From: the human T2T-CHM13v2.0 reference genome, Homo sapiens
Length of the DNA: 64,000 bases
Assembly: GCA_009914755.4 (NCBI GenBank)
Contig: CP068257.2
Location: forward strand, 34,688,001-34,752,000
Reading direction: 5' to 3'
The notes under the pieces are model-generated. The model worked only from the letters and a program-made list of their open reading frames with translations. It was not told the origin of the DNA and ran no database searches. Numbering within the stretch: the stretch's first letter is position 1; each line of letters opens with the position of its first letter. Below are positions 45,154-60,639 of the stretch, in pieces. Both the position numbers and the translations under genes were made by a program.

Positions 45154-45572
45154 TTTCGGTTCTTTGGTAGGACTAATAAAGTCTATAAGCATTTGTCAAG
45201 ACTGATTAAGGAAAAGGAGTAGAAAATACAAATCATCAATATTAGAAATGAAAAAGAAGAAATTACTACAGAGCCTCCAGACATGAAACATTAAGCAGAT
45301 AGCACAAATAAATTTTCTCCATTTTAGATGACGTGGACACATTCCTTTGAAATTGAATCACTTTTTAGAAAACTTCCCACATACTAAATTCAGACATTTA
45401 AGGAAGAAGTGGCATCAGTCTTTTTATTTACAAAAACTATTTAAAACAATACATAATAGTTCATTTGTATGGAATACATGTGATATTTTGATACAAGCAT
45501 ACAACATGTAATGATCAAGTCAGGGTTATTGGGATATTCATCACCTCAAGCAGTTGCCTTATTTTGTGTTAG

Positions 45573-45955
<383 letters not shown>

Positions 45956-46269
45956 CCTGTTGTCCTATTGTGGTACCAAATACTGTATCTTATTCCTTCT
46001 AATTAACTGTATTTTTATACTCATTAGCCAGCCCCTCTTTATTTCCCTCTCCCCACTACCTGTCCCATGTCCTGAGGGCAGTATTTTTTAGCTCTCAGAT
46101 ATGGATGAGAACATGAGATATTTGTCTTTCTATACCTGACTTACTTCACTTAATGTAATGTCCTCCAGGTATATCCATTTATATCCATGTCATTACAAAT
46201 GACAGCATTTTTGTGGTTGGATAATATCCCATTGTGTGTATGTACCATAGTTTTTTTATTCATTTATTC

Positions 46270-47240
46270 GTTAATGGATGCTGACAAGGATGTGGAGAAA
46301 GGGGAACCCTCGTACACTATTAGTGGGAAAGTAAATTAGTATAGTTGCTATGGAGAATAGGATGGAGTTTCCTCAAGTAAACTAATAATAGAATTACCAT
46401 ATGATTGAACAATCACATGGCTGGATATATATCTAAAAGAAAGAAAATCAGTATATTTGAAGAGATACCTGCACTCTCATGTTTATTGCAGCACTGTTCA
46501 CAGTAGTCAAAGGTTTTATGAAGCCACATAGCCTTGTTAGTAAGCTCAAGAGTACAGGAAAGGAAATTTATGTCAGTCTCTTATCATAGAATTAAAAGTC
46601 TTAATTAAAATATTGGTAAATACCATCCAGTACATGCTAAAAGAATAATAACATTAAAACCAAGTGGGTTGTGTTCTAAGACAATATGGGTGGTTTTAAT
46701 GTAAGAAATGAGTATAGTTCATCATATTGATGTTTAATAAGAGAAAGCCCTTATGGTCATATACATAGATAGAGAAAAAGCACTTGCAATTATTTTTAAA
46801 AGGAACACCTACAAAAACTGTGAATCAAAGGGCATAATAACAGAGTATTTACACACACACGGCAAGCTACATTACTAATGGGGAACAATTGATAGCTTTC
46901 CTTAGAAGGGTGGGAGAGTTAAGGATACCAGCCATTCACTAAATATTCTTGAGGAAATAACTAATGTAATAAGGCCAAAAAAAAGGGGTGGGGGGGGCAG
47001 GTTGAAAAGGAAGACATAAAGCTCTATTACAGGTTGAGTATCCTTATCTGAAATCTTTGAGACCGGAAGTGTTTTGGTTTGGATTTTTTTGTATTTTGGA
47101 ATGTTTGCATTATGCCTACTGGTTGAGCATTGCAAATCTGAAAATCTGAAATCCAAGGTACTTTCATGAGCATTTCCTTTGGGTATCATGTTGGCACTCA
47201 AAAAGTTTCAGATTTGGAGCAATTTGGATTTTTGGATTTG
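46270..47240 (+). mobile_element. Ancient L1 (L1M-type) ORF2 3'-region fragment
   Basis: ...GATGCTGACAAGGATGTGGAGAAAGGGGAACCCTCGTACACTATTAGTGGGAAAGTAAATTAGTATAGTTGCTATGGAGAATAGGATGGAGTTTCCTCAAGTAAACTAATAATAGAATTACCATATGATTGAACAATCACATGGCTGGATATATATCTAAAAGAAAG...CATGTTTATTGCAGCACTGTTCACAGTAGTCAAAG. The translation LTRMWRKGNPRTLLVG... resembles the Cys-rich C-terminal region of L1 ORF2p. Confidence 0.55.
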
Positions 47241-47254
47241 GGATGTTCAGCTTG

Positions 47255-47405
47255 TACCAGTAGTTGACAATGTTAAGTACCATTAACCCTTGAACAGCGC
47301 AGTTATTAGGGGGACTGACTACCCCTCAGTCAAAGATCCACGTATAACTCCTCAGAACCTTAAGAGCCTGCTGTTGAATGGAAGCCTTACTGATAACATA
47401 AATAG
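47255..47405 (+). mobile_element. Tigger/MER44-like DNA-transposon terminal fragment
   Basis: ...CATTAACCCTTGAACAGCGCAGTTATTAGGGGGACTGACTACCCCTCAGTCAAAGATCCACGTATAACTCC resembles the Tigger-family terminal inverted repeat CAGTTGACCCTTGAACAACGCGGGGGTTAGGGGCGCCGACCCC...TCCGCGTATAACT (recalled consensus, CpG-decayed). Confidence 0.35.
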
Positions 47406-47412
47406 TTGATTA

Positions 47413-47578
47413 AGCTGGGAATGGTGGCACACATCTGTAGTCCCAGCTACTCAGGATGCTCGAGGCAGAATGATCATGTGAGCCTAGGAGTTTGAAGCTG
47501 CAGTGAGCTGTGATAGTGCCACTGCTTTCCAGCCAGGGTGACAGAGCAAGACCTTTTCTCTAAAAAAAAAAAAAAAGA
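47413..47578 (+). mobile_element. Alu partial (right monomer)
   Basis: GGAATGGTGGCACACATCTGTAGTCCCAGCTACTCAGGATGCTCGAGGCAGAATGATCATGTGAGCCTAGGAGTTTGAAGCTGCAGTGAGCTGTGATAGTGCCACTGCTTTCCAGCCAGGGTGACAGAGCAAGACC...A-tail. Confidence 0.8.
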
Positions 47579-47668
47579 AAACCATCTATTAACATGTATT
47601 TCATATGTTAAATATATACTGTATTCTTAAAATAAGCTAATGAAAAAATGTTATTAGAAAATCATAGG

Positions 47669-48852
<1,184 letters not shown>

Positions 48853-48904
48853 TCAGTTTAATTTTTATACACTGTAATTTCTGTCTGACTTATTTCCATT
48901 TTTG

Positions 48905-49202
48905 TTTTCTTTCTTTCTTTCTTTCTTTTTTTTTTTTTTTTTTTGAGATGGAGTCTCGCTCTGTTGCCCACATCTTGGCTCACTGCAACCTCCGCCTCCC
49001 AGGTTCAAGCGATTCTTCTGCCTCAGCCTCCTGAGTAGTTAGGACTACAGGCACACGCCATCACGCCCGGCTAATTTTTGTGTGTTTAGTAGAGATGGGG
49101 TTTCCCCATATTGGCCAGGCTGGTCTTGAACTCCTGACCTTGTGATCCGCCCGCCTCTGTCTTCCAAAGTGCTGGGATTACAGGCGTGAGCCACCGTGCC
49201 CA
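48905..49202 (-). mobile_element. Alu SINE (small internal deletion)
   Basis: (TTTC)n poly-T GAGATGGAGTCTCGCTCTGTTGCCCACATCTTGGCTCACTGCAACC (GGCTGGAGTGCAGTGGCG missing)...GGGATTACAGGCGTGAGCCACCGTGCCCAG. Confidence 0.88.
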
Positions 49203-49209
49203 GTGCATT

Positions 49210-50820
49210 TTTATTTTCATAAAAATATCTCTGTACAGTACCAATCCTTCTTACACTGTCTGCTTCAGTTTCAGTGCCTGTATCATAGAAGTGTCCATGT
49301 TGTAAAAGAAATCAAAAGCAGTCTTGAATAATTGGAACCCACCTGCTGGATTGTCTAATGTCAGTTTGTTGTCTGGGCACTGCTTCTTCTGTCTTCTTCC
49401 TCACTGTCTAACACTGGTTCAGAAACACTCATCTCCATCAAGTAGGCTTCAGTTGATTTCCTCAGGTGTGGTGTCTGTTCGCTCTTGAATTCCTGCAACA
49501 TCCATATCTTGAAACTTTTTGCCCTCTACCTTTTTTTTCCTGTATATCCACAATCTCTCTGATGATTTCCTCAACTGGCTATCTTGTAAATACTGTGAAG
49601 TCATGCACAACATGTGGACATAGCAGGAATTTATTGTTTTGAGCTTGATTTCTTTCACAGCTTTTTCTGTACTTAATAATGGCATCGTTATTCTAGACTT
49701 TCATGATGTTTTCTCTGTCAGAATTGTCTTCCACAGCGTTAACAATCTTTTCCGTAGATTTGCTGTGTGTAATGAGCCTTAAAGGTCTTATGACCCTCCT
49801 TGTTATCTAGAGGCTGAATTAGAGACATTGTGTTTCGGGACAAGTAGACCACTTGGATGCCTTTGGTGTTGAAGTCATGGGGTTATGGGTGGCCAGGGTA
49901 CCTTGTCCAATATCAAAAGAACTGTAAAAGGCAGTCCTTTACTGGCAAGTTAATTCCTGACTTCAGGAACAAAGCATCAATAGACCCAGTCAGAAAAAGA
50001 ATTTCTCATCCAGGCCTTCTATTTGTGCAACCAAAAGACTGGCAGCTGGTGTTTGTCTTTTCTCTTCAAGGCTTAAGGGTTAGCATCTTTATAGATAATG
50101 GCAGTCCTGATCATAAACCTGACTACATTTGCACAAAGCAGTAGGGTTAGCCTGTCCGTTCTTGGACTTAAATCCTGGTTTATGCTCCTCTTTTTTGCTA
50201 ATAAGTGTTCTTTGTGGCATTTTTTCCCAGAATAGAGTACTTTTGTTTGCATTAAAAACCTGTTCAAACAGGCTGGGCATGGTGGCTCATCCCTGTAATC
50301 CCAGCACTTTGGGAGGCTGAGACAAGAATAGCTTGAGGCCAGGAGTTCGAGAGCAGCCTGGGCAAAAAAGCAATACCCTGTCTCTACAAAAAATGAAAAA
50401 AAAAAAAAATTAGCCAGGTGTGGTGGCAAGTGCCTGTGGCCCCAGCTACTCAGGCGCCTCAACCTACATATCAAGCAATTTATACTTTTTCTTATATTAT
50501 GACTTTGCTTCTTGGGAAAACAACTGGCATCACTAGTGGCAGTTCGTGTGGGTCCTGTGGTGTTTTTCAAGGTTTACAGTATTGCACTAAACGATTTTTA
50601 CTGCAATATAAAATTTCTTGGAGATGCTTACATGGAGATAAGCATGTCATAAGGCACTTGAAGCAAATAAAAAACTTGAGCCCATCAAAATAGCAACAGG
50701 AGGTGGCTATGAAATTACTATAATAATATTGTATGTATATAATTAATCTTATGCAGTTATAATTTAAGACTGCATCTTTGTTTACATTTCTCTTGACTGC
50801 AAATGAAACCACCTACAGTC
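49210..50820 (-). mobile_element. Tigger (pogo-like) DNA-transposon internal fragment with degenerate transposase ORF pieces. An Alu at 50271-50462 is inserted within it
   Basis: Reverse-strand translation around 49740-49870 reads ...ILDKVPWPP...DFNTKGIQVVYLSRNTMSLIQPLDNKEGHKTFKAHYTQQIY..., resembling the pogo/Tigger transposase region ...LLLDNAPGHP...[30 protein letters not shown]... (recalled). The ORF-track hits 49449..49685(-), 49857..50144(+) and 50073..50570(-) are fragments or antisense of this. Confidence 0.45.
50271..50462 (+). mobile_element. Alu partial (left arm + start of right arm, 3'-truncated)
   Basis: GGCTGGGCATGGTGGCTCATCCCTGTAATCCCAGCACTTTGGGAGGCTGAGACAAGAATAGCTTGAGGCCAGGAGTTCGAGAGCAGCC...A14 TTAGCCAGGTGTGGTGGCAAGTGCCTGTGGCCCCAGCTACTCAGG. 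Confidence 0.85.
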
Positions 50821-51227
50821 TGTATATGCTTCAGTCTTGATAAATTTTAACTTTTTAAATAGCTTTGTGTATATTTTATGGTAGTAAATTATAAAATAGA
50901 CTAGTATTTGCATGTTTTATGCATTCATGACATATCTAACTTATTCTTAATTTTTTGGATATTTCTGGGCAATGCAGTTCTTGGAAGTTTTTTTCAAATT
51001 GTTATAACTCTCTAAAAAATTTTCTAATTTATTGAAAGAAAATTGTGTATAAGTGCAGTTCAAACCTGTGTTGTTCAAGGGTCACCTATACCTTGAATGT
51101 TCTTTATTAACTATATGTTTTGGAGTTTTTTCTCTTCACAGTGTCTATGTACTCATTACTAGATTATTTATGATTTATGTTTGAAAAGAATTTTTTCTTG
51201 AATTGATTTTATGATTTACTTTTTAAG

Positions 51228-51332
51228 ACTTACAATAACAGCACTAGGAGAAAAGCTGAATGATTACTGGAATGAAATGAAAGTGAAGAAAAATACAGAA
51301 TATCCTCTAAATTTGCCAGTTGAAGATATACA
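51228..51332 (+). CDS. MORC3: MORC3 exon 10 ([35 protein letters not shown])
   Basis: Acceptor TTTACTTTTTAAG|ACTTACAAT, donor GATATACA|GTAAGT. The split codon CA|G is completed by exon 11. Confidence 0.9.
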
Positions 51333-51845
51333 GTAAGTACATTTTTAAAACATATCATTTCACTTAGATATCAAGATGTGGTATTAGAGAGTAAAGGCAT
51401 TGTACAATGTTTCACAAACTTAGGACTGTAACTCATAGGAATAAATTCTGCAACATGAATTAGCGCACTGCAAAATCAGTGAATAGAATGTAAACCTGTA
51501 TACATGCACACAAAACATCCATAAAACAATGTTTACCCATATGTGATGCATGTTAATGTTATTTCATTTTAAGATGCTATGGATGGATTATATAATAGTT
51601 TGAAAAACACTGGTATAGTGTATCATTAGGATGATGGGGCTGAAACCCAACTTGAGTTCATATTCTCATTCTGCTTAAGTAGCCATGTGGCATTGAACAT
51701 ATTACTTGGCCTCTTGTAAGCCTCCATTTTCTTGTGTATAAAATGGGAACATTAAGAGCATTTGCCTCCTCGAATTATATGAATTAAATAATATGCCTGA
51801 CAGTCACTTAGTAACACATCACAGGATAACAGTCCTATAAATGAA

Positions 51846-51950
51846 TGAATGAACAATATCTGTGTGTTCTTTATCTGTGTGTTCTTTATACATTATTATA
51901 CATAATTTATACATTATACATATTATTCATAATTTATACATTATTACAAA
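51846..51950. repeat. Imperfect tandem repeats (TCTGTGTGTTCTTTA x2; TACATTAT(T)ATACAT(A)A units)
   Basis: TCTGTGTGTTCTTTATCTGTGTGTTCTTTATACATTATTATACATAATTTATACATTATACATATTATTCATAATTTATACATTATTACA. Confidence 0.7.
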
Positions 51951-52043
51951 GATAACCAAGATATATAATGAAAAACAAGAAAGATGCAGCTCAGTGTATA
52001 GACTTCCCATCGTACTTTTCAATTTTTTTATATTTAAAAAAAG

Positions 52044-52157
52044 TTTTATACAGGTGGGGTCTCCCTGTGTTGCCCAGGCTGGTCTCAATGTCCTGGGTCC
52101 AGGTGATCCTCCCACCCAAAGTGCTGGGATTATAGGCATGAGCCACCGTGCCCAGCT
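52044..52157 (-). mobile_element. Alu monomer fragment
   Basis: ACAGGTGGGGTCTCCCTGTGTTGCCCAGGCTGGTCTCAATGTCCTGGGTCCAGGTGATCCTCCCACCCAAAGTGCTGGGATTATAGGCATGAGCCACCGTGCCCAGC. Confidence 0.8.
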
Positions 52158-52252
52158 TGTATTTTTTTAATGTGTCAGTATACACATGCATACTTTATAA
52201 GCATAGAAAATTTCTGCTAGTATTTTAAAAATTAGCAGTGGTAATTTCCTGA

Positions 52253-53034
<782 letters not shown>

Positions 53035-53087
53035 CTATTGACATTAAGGTGAAGTTTTCATATGTAAAATAAGTCTACATAGGCTGT

Positions 53088-53240
53088 ATCCAGTGGGTCA
53101 CGCCTGTAATCCCTGCACTTTGGGAGGCCAAGGCAGAAGGATTGCTTGAACTCAGGAGTTGGAGACCAGGCTGGGCAACGTGGTGAGACCTATCTCTTAA
53201 AAAAATAAATAAATAAAGTAGAAGCAAAAAATAATTAAAA
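53088..53240 (+). mobile_element. Alu monomer (FLAM-like) with A-rich tail
   Basis: CCAGTGGGTCACGCCTGTAATCCCTGCACTTTGGGAGGCCAAGGCAGAAGGATTGCTTGAACTCAGGAGTTGGAGACCAGGCTGGGCAACGTGGTGAGACCTATCTC...AAATAAATAAATAAAG. Confidence 0.8.
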
Positions 53241-53288
53241 AAATAAAAGAATATATACAAGTTCTTTACAGGAATTATTGTGATTTTT

Positions 53289-53586
53289 CTTTTTTTTTTG
53301 TTTTTGAGGTAGAGGCTTGCTCTGTCGCCCAGGCTGGAGTGCAGTGGCGCAATCTCGGCTCACTGCAAGCTCTGCCTCCTGGGTTCATACAATTCTCCTG
53401 CCTCAGCCTCCTGAATAGCTGGGACTACAGGAACCCGCCATCACGCATGGCTTATTTTTTGTATTTTTAGTAGAGATGGGGTTTCACCGTGTTAGCCAGG
53501 GTAGTCTCGATCTCCTGACCTCATGATCCACCCGCGTCAGCCTCCCAAAGTGCTGGGATTACAGGCATGAGCCACCGCGCCCAGCC
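53289..53586 (-). mobile_element. Alu SINE (AluY-like)
   Basis: Poly-T GAGGTAGAGGCTTGCTCTGTCGCCCAGGCTGGAGTGCAGTGGCGCAATCTCGGCTCACTGCAAGCTCTGCC...GGGTAGTCTCGATCTCCTGACCTCATGATCCACCCGCG...GAGCCACCGCGCCCAGCC. Confidence 0.9.
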
Positions 53587-53924
53587 TTGATTTTTAAATG
53601 AGAAAAATATGAAAGCATTTTGTAAACTAAAAGTATACTAATTTTAGTTATTCAGAAATAAGAGGGCAAAAGTGTCTTATTTAAAGTTACTTAAATTATA
53701 ACAACAGAATTCTGTTTTCTGGACTTGAGTGATTTATTATGCTAATAAATACAATATATTGTAGATTTAACATTGTAGACACTAAACATAAAGTTCAGGG
53801 CAAGGCATTTGAAATATTAAGTTATAGAAAAAATTTAATGCTATTAAGACATAAGTCACATTGTTCAAATTGGCTTGTGACTTTTAATCTTTTGAAGGTA
53901 ACCAAAATGGTTGTGTTTAATTTT

Positions 53925-54042
53925 TGAGAGATGGGGTCTCACTATGTTGCCCAGGCTGGCCTCATACTCCTGTGCTCAAGCGATTCTCCAACCTCAGCCT
54001 CCTGAGTATCTGAGACTAAGGTGTATGCCACCACACCCAGCT
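53925..54042 (-). mobile_element. Alu monomer fragment
   Basis: TTTGAGAGATGGGGTCTCACTATGTTGCCCAGGCTGGCCTCATACTCCTGTGCTCAAGCGATTCTCCAACCTCAGCCTCCTGAGTATCTGAGACTAAGGTGTATGCCACCACACCCAGC. Confidence 0.8.
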
Positions 54043-54127
54043 CAAAATAGTTGTTTTTAAAATGTATTTCTAAAAAATACCTGCTTTAGCCTCCCAAATT
54101 ATAGGCATGAGCTACCGTGCCTTGCCT

Positions 54128-54418
54128 TGCCTTTTCTCTTTTCTTTTCCTTTCCTTTCCTCTCCTTTTTTTTTTTTTTTTTTTTTTGACAGGATCTTACT
54201 CTGTAGCCTAGGCTGGAGGTCAGTAGCATGATTTTGCAACCTCTGCCTCCTGGGCTCAAGCAATCCTCCCACCTCAGCGTCCCAAGTAGCAGGGACCACA
54301 GGTGTGCATTACCACTCCCAGTTAATCTTTGTGTTTTTTTGTAGAGACAGGGTTTCACCATGTTGTCCAGGCTGGTCTCTAACTCCTGGGATTATAGGCA
54401 TGAGCCGTCGCACCCAGC
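54128..54418 (-). mobile_element. Alu SINE (older) with (CCTTT)n-decorated tail. A 40-bp reverse-strand Alu end fragment lies at 54085-54127
   Basis: TTGCCTTTTCTCTTTTCTTTTCCTTTCCTTTCCTCTCCTTT T22 GACAGGATCTTACTCTGTAGCCTAGGCTGGAGGTCAGTAGCATGATTTTGCAACC...GGGATTATAGGCATGAGCCGTCGCACCCAGCC. Confidence 0.88.
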
Positions 54419-54558
54419 CTAATTTTGAAAGAGTTACGTCATAATTTTTAGGAAAGGAATTAAATAATGGCATCTTGTGGTAGAAATGATGTGGAACATC
54501 TGATGAAGTATTTAGAGTCCATATTTCTGTGTTAATATTTTGTTCTTGTTTTGGGACA

Positions 54559-54681
54559 GGAAGCGTCCTGATCAGACATGGGTTCAGTGTGATGCCTGTC
54601 TAAAGTGGCGGAAATTACCTGATGGGATGGATCAACTTCCTGAAAAATGGTATTGCTCCAATAACCCTGACCCACAGTTCA
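54559..54681 (+). CDS. MORC3: MORC3 exon 11 ([42 protein letters not shown]). It contains the whole CW-type zinc finger and is a symmetric 123-nt exon (phase 2-2)
   Basis: Acceptor TTGTTTTGGGACAG|GAAGCG, donor CAGTTCAG|GTACCA. The W-x-C-x2-C...W...W...C signature of a CW domain is present (WVQCDAC...W..L......W.C). Encodes [40 protein letters not shown]. Confidence 0.92.
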
Positions 54682-54788
54682 GGTACCATAGAGTTGGTAG
54701 TACCCTTTTTGGAAAGACGGAAAGTACTGTTCACAGTGTATGAATAGGCGCTGGTGACATGTTATTCCTATGTGATTTTTCTGAATAG

Positions 54789-54863
54789 AAATTGTGAGGT
54801 TCCAGAAGAACCTGAAGATGAGGATTTGGTACATCCCACTTATGAAAAAACCTACAAAAAGAC
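54789..54863 (+). CDS. MORC3: MORC3 exon 12 ([26 protein letters not shown])
   Basis: Acceptor TTTTTCTGAATAG|AAATTG, donor AAGAC|GTGAGT. Confidence 0.9.
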
Positions 54864-55128
54864 GTGAGTGTTGTATTGATGTATAGTGGGTAATAATGCC
54901 CAGATCATGAACAGTGATGCCTTGGCAACATTATTTGATGCTTCTCCAAGGTAAAGCACCTGTAACTGAAAAAGTTTATAATGTGGAGTGCGTAATATCA
55001 AGGGCTTTAAAAACAAAAACTTATGCTGTGGATACCTGCTGTTTATTTCATGCTTATTGCTGCCATATGTGCGGATGTTTTGTGTAAGAGCAGTCTGCTG
55101 TTGTGAGCTGTATGCAGAGGAATCATTA

Positions 55129-55692
<564 letters not shown>

Positions 55693-55865
55693 TAGTGGAA
55701 GTGGGACAGATGCTGAATAAGGATAGTCAGCCAGTGGAGACTTCAGGCTAATCTACCACACACAGAAGGCCAGGTTACTAAGAGCCTTTCAGGTGGCTTT
55801 GATTTGTAGTGTACTATTCTTTAGTGAAATCCAGCAATAGTATTGGAAGTATAGAAACCTATGTG

Positions 55866-56484
<619 letters not shown>

Positions 56485-56777
56485 CCTATGTGATGTTCTA
56501 GTTCAAAAGCCTGTGATTCTGGACTGAGTTATCTGGTCTTAGTGGAGAAAAAAACACCAAAGATCTGCAGTTTATACCGGTGAGGATGGAAAAATTCAGG
56601 CTAAAATTAGGGTGCTACTGAGATAAAAGGTAGAAAGTATTTCCTGAAGGGCTTACTGTTGATTATATTGAAATAGAAGCAGAGTTCAGAGTACCTTAGT
56701 AACTGCATAAATGGCAGGTATGTCATTGGGAAATGGGATTGAGAAATAACAACATGTTTTTCATCTTTATTTTAAAG

Positions 56778-56823
56778 CAACAAGGAAAAATTCAGGATCA
56801 GACAACCGGAAATGATCCCTCGG
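56778..56823 (+). CDS. MORC3: MORC3 exon 13 (T-NKEKFRIRQPEMIPR), a 46-nt micro-exon
   Basis: Acceptor CATCTTTATTTTAAAG|CAACAAGG, donor CCTCGG|GTAATT. Phase 2 in, phase 0 out. The length is not a multiple of 3. Confidence 0.88.
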
Positions 56824-56830
56824 GTAATTA

Positions 56831-57270
<440 letters not shown>

Positions 57271-57737
57271 CAAGCTTTCCATTTTATAGCTGTGTCTTAT
57301 ATTGTGTAGTGCTTAGTTTAATCAGTAGTGAATGTTAAAGTTTAATACATATCAAAGGGATTTGGTTTATTTAGTTCATTTTCTTCTCTTGTACTTCTGC
57401 TTGCCCACCTTTCCAACTCTTCCTAATCCAACATCATTCAAACTGTTAGTTTGATTGTTTAGTTGGGTATCTTCTGAGGAAAGGCAAACAAACTTTAAAA
57501 ATTGTACTGTTAGATAAGCAGTTAAGGAAGACATCCCAGGAACACCCAGGAAGCCATATTTTAGTGCTAACCGGGACAAAAGCCATAGTGTTTTTCCCAG
57601 TGTTGACTACTCTGCCTGGCCTCTCTCTTCTGTCTTAATACTTACTGTGTTAAAGAGCTTTGGTTGAGTATAGATTCTCCTAGGCTTACCGTAGAGTTAC
57701 ATCCTGATAAGCCCATTATAAGTTGAAAATGTTTTTA

Positions 57738-58040
57738 GCCGTGGTGGCTCATGCCTGTGTTCCCAGAACTTTGGGAAGGTGAGGTGGGCGATCACTTGAG
57801 GCCAGGAGTTCGAGACCAGCCTGGGCAATATGGCAAAACCCTGTCTCTACTAAAAATATAAAAAATAATGTGGTGGCAGGCACTTGTAATTCCAGCTACT
57901 CAGGAGGCTGAGGCACAAGAATTGCTTAAACCTGGGAGATGGAGGTTGCAGTGAGCCAAGATCACACCACTGCACTCCATCCTGGGGAACAGACTGAGAC
58001 TCTGTCTCAAAAAAACAAAAAACAAACAAAATATTGTTAT
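57738..58040 (+). mobile_element. Alu SINE
   Basis: TAGCCGTGGTGGCTCATGCCTGTGTTCCCAGAACTTTGGGAAGGTGAGGTGGGCGATCACTTGAGGCCAGGAGTTCGAGACCAGCC...(CAAAA)n tail. Confidence 0.9.
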
Positions 58041-58687
58041 CAAAAATGCATTTAATACACTTAACCTATTGAATATCATAGCTTCGCCTAGCCTACCTTA
58101 ATTGTGCTCAGAACTCTTATATTAGCCTACATTGGGCAGTCATCTGACAGTCTGTTTTATCATAAAGTGTTGAGTATCTCATGAACTTTATTGAATACTG
58201 AAAGTGAAAAACAAAACAAAAATGATTGCTTGAGTACTCGAAGTACAGTTTCTGCTGAATGGGTATTGCTTTTGCACCATCATAAAGTTGATGCCATTGT
58301 AAATCAGGGGCCATCTGAATGCAAGTAGGCAGTTGTGCTTCTTGCTTGAGAAGTTTGGGTCTTGATAAGTCTAGTAGCAAAGAGGTCACCACATGGTAAA
58401 TCTTTTTGGCTTTGTGGGCCACATAAAGTCTCTGTTGCATATTCTTTGTTTTGTTGCTTTGTTTCTTCACACCTTTTAAAAATACAAAGCCATTCTTAGC
58501 CTACTTGCAGGCTGGATTTAGTTCATTGGTTTACTTGTTGATTCCTGGTATAGCACAAGGAATTTACATGTTTGGAATTGTTTTTGTGTCTTCTGGGATA
58601 AGGGGGAAGAGGAAGATTATATCTTGTGTTTTGGGCATGTCACACTAGAAATAGTTCCTTTAAGGTGATGATTTTTCCCTCCAACAG

Positions 58688-58854
58688 ATTAATGCTGAAC
58701 TGTTGTTTCGGCCAACTGCTCTTTCAACTCCAAGCTTTTCTTCTCCTAAGGAAAGTGTTCCAAGAAGACATCTTTCAGAAGGAACAAATTCTTATGCGAC
58801 AAGACTTCTAAATAATCATCAAGTTCCACCTCAGTCTGAACCTGAGAGCAACAG
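58688..58854 (+). CDS. MORC3: MORC3 exon 14 ([56 protein letters not shown])
   Basis: Acceptor TTTCCCTCCAACAG|ATTAATGC, donor AGCAACAG|GTCAGT. Confidence 0.9.
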
Positions 58855-59077
58855 GTCAGTGGCTAAGATTGGTTTTCCATTTGGGGAATATTAAACAGAG
58901 CTTTTACTTGACACTTCTGTGACAGTGATGCAATTCGGGATCATTGTAGGTTCCATTGTGAATTGTAGGTTCCATGAATGTGAAAATCTTCAGGACAAAT
59001 TGTCTTGCTTTTATTGTCTAAACTTAGGCTAAACCCTACTTCTGCCACCTGTTAAATTCGTTAAAAAGTATTAATTG

Positions 59078-59255
59078 ACCAGCCTGGCCAACATGGCAAA
59101 ACCCCATCTCTACTACAAATACAAAAAAATTAACCAGGCGTGGTGGCGGGCACCTGTAATCCCAGCTACTCCAGAGGCGGAGGCTGAGGCTGAGGCTGAG
59201 GCTGCACCCCAGCCTGGGCAACAAGAGCAAAACTCCGTCTCAAAAAAAAAAAGCA
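59078..59255 (+). mobile_element. Alu SINE (5'-truncated, internal deletion, (GGCTGA)n expansion) with TSD AAG(T/C)ATTAATTG
   Basis: GACCAGCCTGGCCAACATGGCAAAACCCCATCTCTAC...CCAGCTACTCCAGAGGCGGAGGCTGAGGCTGAGGCTGAGGCTGCACCCCAGCCTGGGCAACAAGAGCAAAACTCCGTCTC A10. Direct repeats at 59063-59077 and 59253-59267. Confidence 0.85.
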
Positions 59256-59342
59256 TTAATTGTATTCATTGTAGAGTTTGATCGCATTCTCACCTGTTTG
59301 AATTTCTATATAGTATGACAATTCCTGCTTTTAAGATGATCA

Positions 59343-59741
<399 letters not shown>

Positions 59742-60187
59742 TTAATTTATTGGAGGAGTGGATGGAGAAGGAAGGGACAAAGAGAAAGTGATGCATGAAT
59801 TGAATAGTTAGCCATCTTGACTGGATTGATCAGCGAAGGCTTTGTGATGAGGTGGTACTTACGTTGGTTCCTGAAGTTCTGAAAACAGTAGTCTTGTAGA
59901 TGGCCTCTTCCAATTTAATAGAATGAAGACAAGTGAAGAAGAATGAATGTGATGTCTACAAACGAGTGGATCACACTGACTATACTGATGTTTGTTATTC
60001 GAAGAGGAACATTGAAACAAGCTTCTCTAAGATAGTGGGGCCAGATTTTTTTTGAGATGTTTTGTAACTTTTATCAAATTCTCAAAGGAATTTTTGACCC
60101 CAAGGAAGATTATAAATAACTAACTGCCTTTATGCATATATAAATCAAAGAGGGCATATTCTAGAATAGTTTGCTCTTCCTTTCTTT

Positions 60188-60478
60188 ATTTTTTTGAGTC
60201 GGAGTTTGGCTTTTGTTGCCCAAGCTGGAGTGCAATGGTGCAATCTCAACTCAATGCAACCTCCGACTCCTGGTTCATGCGATTCCCCCACCTCAGCGTC
60301 CCGAGTAGCTGGGGTTACAGGCACGCACCACCATGCCTGGCTAATTTTTTGTATTTTTAGTAGAGACAGGTTTTCACTGTGTTAGCCAGGATAGTCTCGA
60401 ACTCCTGACCTCAGGTGATCCGCCCGCCTCGGCCTCCCAAAGTAATGGGATTACAGGTGTGAGCCACAGCACCCGGCC
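60188..60478 (-). mobile_element. Alu SINE with TSD AGTTTGCTCTT
   Basis: TTTATTTTTTTGAGTCGGAGTTTGGCTTTTGTTGCCCAAGCTGGAGTGCAATGGTGCAATCTCAACTCAATGCAACC...GGGATTACAGGTGTGAGCCACAGCACCCGGCC. Direct repeats at 60170-60180 and 60479-60489. Confidence 0.9.
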
Positions 60479-60639
60479 AGTTTGCTCTTTATAACCTGTG
60501 TATTGGACACTCATTTTGGAGCTGGATTGCTACTTTATTAAGAACTCATATTTTACAGTTCTCCTTAACATTTTTGGCTTTTCTTTGTAAGGATGGTTTT
60601 GTAGTTTATAGATAAGAGATTAAAGGTATTTTTAATGAT

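Noticed and set aside
49857-50144. 95-aa forward-strand ORF (MPLVLKSWGYGWPGYLVQYQKNCKRQSF…)
   Set aside because: It lies antisense to the Tigger transposase remnant (SLIQPLD…TFKAHY on the reverse strand). It has no homology signal of its own
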